Source: an uncultured Bacillota bacterium (GTDB lineage Bacteria; Sysuimicrobiota; Sysuimicrobiia; Sysuimicrobiales; Segetimicrobiaceae). From it: 64,000 nt of DNA. Below are positions 57,610 through 64,000 of this stretch, one piece after another. The notes under the pieces are model-generated. The model saw nothing but the letters and a program-made list of their open reading frames with translations, was not told where the DNA came from and searched no databases. The stretch is taken from contig CAWDRG010000019.1 of the NCBI GenBank assembly GCA_963804645.1, positions 32,001 to 96,000 of the forward strand, written 5' to 3'. The stretch's first letter is position 1, and every line of letters starts with the position of its first letter. Both the position numbers and the translations under genes were made by a program.

Positions 57610-58857
57610 TTACTTGACACCGGGGGGCGAGACGGAGACCGTGGGATCGGCCCAGCGCGTGTTGGGGATCAGCGGATACCAGGCCGGCCGGCCCGGGTCC
57701 CGGTCATAGGGGTAGCCGCCGACCCGGCGGTAGTGTTCGGCGTAGCGCCCGAGACGTTCGCGGTCGAGCCGGACGCCCAGGCCCGGGGCGGTCGGCACGG
57801 CGATCGCCCCGCCGCGATACGGGAGCTTGCCGCCCTCGAGAATGTCGTCGGTGAGCTGATGGTAGTGCGCGTCCGCGGCGAACGTGAGGTTGGGGAGGAC
57901 CGCGCCCAGGTGCAGCATCGTCGCGAGCTGCACGCCGAGCTCTCCCGAGGAATGCACGCCGATCCCCAGCTGGAACGTCTCGCACACGCCCGCGGCTTTG
58001 ACGCACGGCCGGATACCGCCCCAGAACGTGGTATCCAGCAGCACCACGTCGACCGCGGGCTGCAGCACGTTGGCTGCCAGTTCTTCGAAGTTGATGACCA
58101 CGGTGTTGGTCGCGAGCGGGACGCGGACGCGCTCCCGCACGCGGCGGAGGCCGTTCATGCCCCAGGTCGGATCTTCAAAATAGTCGTTGCGGAGGGGCTC
58201 GATCGCGCGGCCGAACCGCGTGGCCTCCTCGACGCTGAGCACCGCGTTGGGATCGTAGCGAAGCGAGTCCTCGGGGAATGCGGCCGCGAGCGCGCGGTAG
58301 CAGTCGAGCTCGTAGTCCGGCGGGTAGACGCCGCCCTTCAGCTTGTGCGTGCGAAACCCGCAGCGCCGCTGCAGGTCGCGGGCGTGCGCGAGCAGCTGGT
58401 CGATCGTCCGCACCTCGCCCGCCGCCGGGCCCGCGTACCGGAAGAAGAGGTAGCTCGCGAACGGGATCTCGCTCCGCAGCGGCCCGCCGAGCAGCACGTG
58501 CACGGGCACGCCCAGCGCCTGTCCCGCGATGTCGAGGCAGGCGAACTCGATCGCGGCGTGCAGCTGGGTGCGGTTGTTGTAGAGGCTCGCGGTCGGGTTG
58601 CTGATCTTGAACCGCAGCGCCTCGAGCTCGAACACCGAGTGGCCGACGAGGTACGGGGCGAGCGCCAGGATCGCCTGTTCCGCGCTCTCGCCGCCGCCGC
58701 CCAGCTCGCCGAGGCCGACGAGCCCGTCGTCCGACCGCACCTCGACGATCGTCCGGACGAACCGGCCCCAGTGCGCGCCGTTGCTGTGCAGCAGCGGCGC
58801 CTCGAGGGGCACGGCCACGGTCGTCGCCCGAAGGTCGGCGATGCGCGGCGGGTTCAT
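57610..58857 (-). CDS. Enolase-superfamily (glucarate dehydratase-like) protein
   Basis: HKLKGGV, RYDPN, YFEDP, LATN, GVHS, ADAHYH. Confidence 0.88.
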   Translation of the reverse strand: MNPPRIADLRATTVAVPLEAPLLHSNGAHWGRFVRTIVEVRSDDGLVGLGELGGGGESAEQAILALAPYLVGHSVFELEALRFKISNPTASLYNNRTQLHAAIEFACLDIAGQALGVPVHVLLGGPLRSEIPFASYLFFRYAGPAAGEVRTIDQLLAHARDLQRRCGFRTHKLKGGVYPPDYELDCYRALAAAFPEDSLRYDPNAVLSVEEATRFGRAIEPLRNDYFEDPTWGMNGLRRVRERVRVPLATNTVVINFEELAANVLQPAVDVVLLDTTFWGGIRPCVKAAGVCETFQLGIGVHSSGELGVQLATMLHLGAVLPNLTFAADAHYHQLTDDILEGGKLPYRGGAIAVPTAPGLGVRLDRERLGRYAEHYRRVGGYPYDRDPGRPAWYPLIPNTRWADPTVSVSPPGVK

Positions 58858-58906
58858 CGGGCAGGCCGCTGCGGTGTCGGCTGTCTTCCCACGGCTCCGG
58901 GACCCG

Positions 58907-59287
58907 CTACTTCTTCTTCTCGGCTTCCTCGATCAGCGTAGCGACCGTGGACACTGTCGCCACGGGCTCGACCGCCACGATGTGGTTCGGGTTCAGCACC
59001 ATGCGGTCCGGGCCGTGCCACTGGGTTGACAACCGCACCAGCGTGTTGCTGACCGCCTTGGTGTTGGGGTCGACCTGGGATTGGACGTAGTAGACGTCGC
59101 TCAGCACCGGGTGGGCGGTCCCATATCCCGACAGCCGCCCGAAGTAGACGACGCCGCTGTCGAGCATGACCGCCTGGAACGGGGTCGTCCAGGTCGGCGG
59201 GGCCTCGCGCTCCCAGTACCATGCCGCCCCCCCCACCACCACGATGAGCACGGCGACGATCACGATGATTCGCTCCAATCTTGGCAT
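58907..59287 (-). CDS. Hypothetical single-pass membrane protein
   Basis: N-terminal TM segment, then [23 protein letters not shown]. Confidence 0.75.
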   Translation of the reverse strand: MPRLERIIVIVAVLIVVVGGAAWYWEREAPPTWTTPFQAVMLDSGVVYFGRLSGYGTAHPVLSDVYYVQSQVDPNTKAVSNTLVRLSTQWHGPDRMVLNPNHIVAVEPVATVSTVATLIEEAEKKK

Positions 59288-59505
59288 ACAGCACCTCAAG
59301 TCGTGTGATATGTCGACGGGCGACGTCCACGTCCGCCATCATACTACACTACTACGTCTGTTCAAGGCCCTGGGACTCTCGTCGGATGCGGCCGAGCGGG
59401 AGCCCTCGCGCCGGCGCCGGACGCAAGGGGAGATGCGCACTGCGTCGAACCCCCTCGAAGGCCGCGTGCGCGGCGGGCAGGCGCGATCTCGACGGAGGTG
59501 GACGC

Positions 59506-61578
59506 ATGGCAACCCTGCGGGGACGTCGCGAGGTGTTCCGATGGCTCGCCCGCTGCGCCGGGGCGGCGGCGGTCGTCCCATCGCTCTGGACGGCGCTCGG
59601 ACGGACGCCGCCGGCGGCGCGGGCGGCGGTGTCGCGCATCGGCGCGTCGCTGATCGGGAAGCTCGAAGGTCCGGAGGTCGTGACGGATCCCTCGCGGTTC
59701 CCGAAAACCCTGAGCGAGGCGCCCGCGCTGCAGGCGCTCGTCGCGGCGGGCAAGCTGCCGGCGGCGAAGGACCGGATCGGAGACGATCCGCTGGTGCTGA
59801 AGCCGGCGCACGACATCGGGAAGTACGGCGGCACGCTGCACCTGGCGTTCACCGGTCCCGCGGATTTCGTCGGGGGTGTCCGGTTCGGGTCGGGGCCGGA
59901 CTCGCCGCTGATGTACGACTACACCGGGCACACGATCGTCCCGAACGTCGCCAAGGGATACGAGATCAGCAAGGACGGGCGGGTCATCACGCTGCACCTG
60001 CGGCGCGGGATGCGGTGGTCGAACGGGACGCCGTTCACGGCGGACGACTTCCTGTTTTGGTTCGAGGATATGTACGGCAACAAGGACCTCGTCCCCCAAT
60101 CGGAAGAGCTGATGCAGGCCGGCGGCAAGCCGATCGTGATGGAGAAGGTCGACGCGTACACGGTCCGGTACAATTGCCCCGCCCCGAATTTCCTGTTTCC
60201 CCAGCAGCTGGCGGGAGGGACGCACGTCGCGAGCCCAGCGTGGTACGGCCTCACGGGGCTCGGCGGCTACGCGCCGAGCCAGTACCTGAAGCAGTTTCAT
60301 CCCAAGTACACCTCGGCGGACGAGCTGCAGCAGAAGTTCCGGGCCGCGAAGTTCGACGATTGGGTGAGCTACTTTAAGAACCGCAACTCCTGGCACCTCA
60401 ATCCGGACCTGCCTGTGGTCTCGCCCTGGAAGTCCGTGTCCGCGGCGACCGGGTCGGTGTGGGCGCTTGAGCGCAACCCCTACAGCATCTGGATCGACAC
60501 CGCCGGGAACCAGCTGCCGTACGTCGACCGGGTCGAGATGACGCTCACCCAAGACCTCGACGTGCTCAGCCTTCGCGCGATGTCGGGGGACATCGACTAC
60601 CAGTCGCGCAACATCCTGATCGACAAGATGGCGCTGTTGATCCAAAACCAGTCGAAGGGTAACTATCAGGTCCACCTGGACCCCGGCGAGTACGGCTCGG
60701 ACATGGCGCTGTTCTTCAACATGAGCTTCGACGCCGATCCGGAGATCGCCAAGTGGTTCAACACGACGGACTTCCGACGCGCCCTCGCGCTCGGCATCGA
60801 CCGCGACCAGATCAACGAGGCGTTTTGGCTGGGGACGGGCACGCCGGGCTCGGTCGTCCCGGCGGAGACCAACGCGTACAACCCGGGCCCGGACTACCGG
60901 ACGCTGTGGGCGACCCACGACCCGGCGCGGGCAAACGGGATGCTGGACCGCATCGGGCTCAAGGCGAAGGACGCGGAGGGCTTTCGCCTGCGGACCGACG
61001 GCAAGGGGCGGCTCAGCATCACGGTGACGACGATCTCGGCGCAGCTGCTGCCGTTTTCGGACATCTGCGAGATGATCAAGGAACAGTACAAGCAGATCGG
61101 CATCGACCTGGTCATCCAAGAGGTGGAGCGAAGCCTCGCGCTGACGCGGGCCGCCGCGAACCAGCAGCAGCTGGCGGCGTGGCCGAACGACGGCAGCGAC
61201 CGGCTGTTCGTCTCGCCGGTGCACGTCTTCCCGTACGAGGAGAGCAACACCGAGGTCACCGGGCCGCTGTACGCGCGGTGGTTCAACACGGACGGGACGC
61301 AGGGGAAGCAGCCCCCGCCCTGGATCCGGCTGATGATGGATGACTGGCGCAAGGCGTTCGGCGTGCCCGCGTCGGAGCAGATCCGCCTCGGCAAAGAGAT
61401 CTGGCGGACCGCGGCCGACAACGTCATCGCGATCGGCGTGGTGGGCCTGGGGCCGGCGTCGACCGGCGTGCGCGTCGTGAAGACTAACCTCGGGAACGCG
61501 CCGTCCCGGGAGCTCAACTGCTCGCCGCTCTTCAGTCCGGGCGTCTCCCGGCCGCAGACCTTTTACTGGAGGAGCTAG
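59506..61578 (+). CDS. ABC substrate-binding protein, family 5, with Tat-like signal
   Basis: GRREVF twin-arginine-like motif; GKYGGTL, PFTADD, ERNPY..GNQLPY; GGAGG RBS. Confidence 0.9.
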   Translation: MATLRGRREVFRWLARCAGAAAVVPSLWTALGRTPPAARAAVSRIGASLIGKLEGPEVVTDPSRFPKTLSEAPALQALVAAGKLPAAKDRIGDDPLVLKPAHDIGKYGGTLHLAFTGPADFVGGVRFGSGPDSPLMYDYTGHTIVPNVAKGYEISKDGRVITLHLRRGMRWSNGTPFTADDFLFWFEDMYGNKDLVPQSEELMQAGGKPIVMEKVDAYTVRYNCPAPNFLFPQQLAGGTHVASPAWYGLTGLGGYAPSQYLKQFHPKYTSADELQQKFRAAKFDDWVSYFKNRNSWHLNPDLPVVSPWKSVSAATGSVWALERNPYSIWIDTAGNQLPYVDRVEMTLTQDLDVLSLRAMSGDIDYQSRNILIDKMALLIQNQSKGNYQVHLDPGEYGSDMALFFNMSFDADPEIAKWFNTTDFRRALALGIDRDQINEAFWLGTGTPGSVVPAETNAYNPGPDYRTLWATHDPARANGMLDRIGLKAKDAEGFRLRTDGKGRLSITVTTISAQLLPFSDICEMIKEQYKQIGIDLVIQEVERSLALTRAAANQQQLAAWPNDGSDRLFVSPVHVFPYEESNTEVTGPLYARWFNTDGTQGKQPPPWIRLMMDDWRKAFGVPASEQIRLGKEIWRTAADNVIAIGVVGLGPASTGVRVVKTNLGNAPSRELNCSPLFSPGVSRPQTFYWRS

Positions 61579-61603
61579 CCGGGGTGAACCCCGGCGCCCC
61601 CCC

Positions 61604-62800
61604 ATGAGCACGCGCCAGCAGGTCAACATCGGGATGGTCGGCGCCGGGTTCATCGCGGAGACGCGCGCTCGGTGCTACGCGGGCGTCACCGGGTGCGACG
61701 CGCGGATCGTCGCGGTGATGAGCCGCTCCCGCGAGCGCGCCGATGCCTACGCGCGGAAGTACGGCGTGCCCGACATCTACGGCGACTTCCAGGAGTTGCT
61801 CGCGAGACCCGACATCGACCTGGTGGACTTGTGCGTCCCGAACCACCTCCACCGGTCGATGACGGAGGCGGCCGCCGCGGCAGGCAAGCACATCGTCTGT
61901 GCCAAACCGCTGACCGCGTTCGACGGCGGCACCGCCGCCGCGGATACCGATTTTCGCACGGTGCCCCGGACCGAGATGCTCCGGGCGGCGCTCGAGAACG
62001 CCGACGCCATGGTCGCCGCGGCGGAGCGGGCGCGCGTGCACCTCATGTACGCCGAGAACTGGGTGTACGCGCCGCCGATCACGAAGGCCGACCGGTTGAT
62101 CGCCGCCTCCGACGGGGTGATTCTCGAGATGCGCGGCGGTGAGTGTCACAGCGGGTCGCACTCTCCGTACTCGCGCGAGTGGCGCCACGCCGGCGGCGGC
62201 GCGCTGCTGCAGCTGGGGGTGCACCCGGTCGGCGCGATGCTGCACTTGAAGCGCCAGGAGGGCCTGCGCCGCAGCAGGCAGGCGATCCGGCCGTCCGCGG
62301 TGGTCGCCGAGGTCGGCGACCTGACCAAGACGCGCGGGTTTCAGGAGGAGCGCGAGCACTGGGTCGGCGTAGGATGGGTCGACGTGGAGAGCTGGGGCGC
62401 GCTGATCATCACCTTCGACGACGGCAGCCGGGGGATCGCCTGGGCGTCTGAGGCGGTGCTCGGCGGCATGGAGAGCAGCCTCGAGATCTTCCTGTCGAAC
62501 GCCCACCTGAAGTGCAACATGGAGCACACCGGCCTCGTGGAGGCGTACGCTCCGAGCCCCGCGGTGTTCGAGGGCGAGTATCTGATGGAGAAGCTCGAGA
62601 CGAAAGCCGGCTGGAGCGCCCCCGCGCCGGACGAGGACTGGGCGCAGGGACACCGGCACGTACTGCAGGACTTCGTCGAGTGCGTGGCCACCGGTCGTGC
62701 CCCGCTCGCGGACGGCCGGCTGGGACGGGATGTGATCGAGACGGTCTACGCGGGCTACGTGTCCGCCGCCGAAGGGCGCCGCGTGGCGCTGGGCCGCTAG
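61604..62800 (+). CDS. Gfo/Idh/MocA oxidoreductase
   Basis: IGMVGAGFIA, PNHLH, GKHIVCAKP, GGGAL...HP. Confidence 0.9.
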   Translation: MSTRQQVNIGMVGAGFIAETRARCYAGVTGCDARIVAVMSRSRERADAYARKYGVPDIYGDFQELLARPDIDLVDLCVPNHLHRSMTEAAAAAGKHIVCAKPLTAFDGGTAAADTDFRTVPRTEMLRAALENADAMVAAAERARVHLMYAENWVYAPPITKADRLIAASDGVILEMRGGECHSGSHSPYSREWRHAGGGALLQLGVHPVGAMLHLKRQEGLRRSRQAIRPSAVVAEVGDLTKTRGFQEEREHWVGVGWVDVESWGALIITFDDGSRGIAWASEAVLGGMESSLEIFLSNAHLKCNMEHTGLVEAYAPSPAVFEGEYLMEKLETKAGWSAPAPDEDWAQGHRHVLQDFVECVATGRAPLADGRLGRDVIETVYAGYVSAAEGRRVALGR

Positions 62801-62836
62801 CCCGCGCCGACGCCGTCGGGACAGGAGACGCGACCG

Positions 62837-63853
62837 ATGCGCGTCGGGGTTGACCAGTACACGCTGAAGCACCTCGACGGGGTCCGCGGGAGTGCGCTGC
62901 TCGACCTCGTCCGCGCCCACGGCCTCGACGGCTGCCAGTTCCGGGACCCGCACGAGGTGAGTCCCACGCTGGACCCCGCGGAGCTGCGCGACGTGCGCGC
63001 GCACGCCCGCGCGCACGGCATGTATCTCGAGGTCGGGATCTCGTGTCCGAATCCGCACGCGCCCGGCCCCGTCGCGCTCCAAGACGGCGGCGGCGACCTG
63101 CGCGCGGGACTCCGGCGCCAGCTCGAGGCGGTCGCGGCGGCGGCGGAGGGGACGCGGTCGGTCCGCTGCTTCGTCGGCAGCCGGGGGGCCCGCCACCGCC
63201 ATCCCGTGCCGTGGCCGCGGCAGGTCGCGGACACGATCGCCGTGGCGCGGGACCTGACGCCGATCCTGCGGGACCTCGGGCTCAAGCTCGCGTTCGAGAA
63301 CCACGCCGAGGCGAGCACCTTCGATCTGGTCCGCATCGCGGAGACGCTGGGGAGCGACGTGGCCGGCATCACGCTCGACACCGGCAACATCGCGATCACG
63401 GTCGAGGATCCGCTGCTCGCCGTCCAGCGGGCGGCCCCGTACACGATCGCCACGCACGTGAAAGACGGGATCGTCGTGTTCGCGGACGACGGGCTCGTCT
63501 ACAATCCCCGTGCGTGCGGCGACGGCGTGGTCCCGATCCCCGAGATCCTCCAGACGCTGTCCGCGACGGCACCCGATCTCACCGTCTCGATCGAAGATCA
63601 TGGGGGACTCTACGAGATCCCGATCTTTGAGGATGAGTTTGTGGCGACCCTCCCCGATCTGCAGCCGCGCGAGATGGGGCGCGTCGTCCGCCTGGCGCGC
63701 GAGTGCGAGCGGCGGATCGCGGCGGGGACGCTGGACAGCCTGGAGGCTGCGGAGCGGACTCCGTGGGAGGCGCGCGTGTTTCCGCGGCTGGACCGCGCCG
63801 CGGCGTACGTGCGGGCGGTGGTCGGGCGGCTCGAGTCCCCGGCGCGCGGCTGA
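62837..63853 (+). CDS. Sugar phosphate isomerase/epimerase (xylose-isomerase-like TIM barrel)
   Basis: LAFENH, LDTGN, EDP, THVKD, CGDG. Confidence 0.85.
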   Translation: MRVGVDQYTLKHLDGVRGSALLDLVRAHGLDGCQFRDPHEVSPTLDPAELRDVRAHARAHGMYLEVGISCPNPHAPGPVALQDGGGDLRAGLRRQLEAVAAAAEGTRSVRCFVGSRGARHRHPVPWPRQVADTIAVARDLTPILRDLGLKLAFENHAEASTFDLVRIAETLGSDVAGITLDTGNIAITVEDPLLAVQRAAPYTIATHVKDGIVVFADDGLVYNPRACGDGVVPIPEILQTLSATAPDLTVSIEDHGGLYEIPIFEDEFVATLPDLQPREMGRVVRLARECERRIAAGTLDSLEAAERTPWEARVFPRLDRAAAYVRAVVGRLESPARG

Positions 63854-64000
63854 CCGCTTCCCGGTCTTCACGGGTCGCGGTCTCGGGGCCGCGCCGGGAG
63901 GCGGCGCCGAGAACCGGGCCGCCCGCGTCGCGCGGGCCATCGATCACTGAGGAAGGGGGGAGAGGCATGCCGCGAGCCGCGAGACGCGCCGGGCCGACCC

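Overview
High-GC bacterial chromosome segment. The backbone (about 1-16.3 kb and 31-64 kb) is metabolic: hydantoinase B/A, a DAO-family oxidase, SDRs, two peptide-type ABC systems, an acyl-CoA ligase, a stand-alone A-T-TE NRPS-like enzyme, secreted and envelope proteins, and a sugar-acid/inositol-like catabolic cluster. The centre (16.4-30.8 kb) is a lower-GC mobile-DNA hotspot around tRNA-Arg(UCU). (i) A four-layer nest is resolvable to the base: an IS1202-family element with a 17-bp TSD contains IS110 #1, which contains an IS4 with an 11-bp TSD, which contains IS110 #2. Both IS110s carry candidate bridge/seek RNAs whose loops partly match their actual target and donor junctions. (ii) The terminal repeat of an IS481 is interrupted by an 811-nt ORF-less group II intron whose EBS1 (ACATAGG) is complementary to that repeat. 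(iii) Two degenerate copies of the tRNA 3' end delimit tandem integrase-less islands. These carry a three-operator divergent promoter switch with a small basic protein, toxin-antitoxin genes, a zincin-like/DUF3892-like protein and RecQ. All calls come from reading the sequence by eye; no database searches were run.
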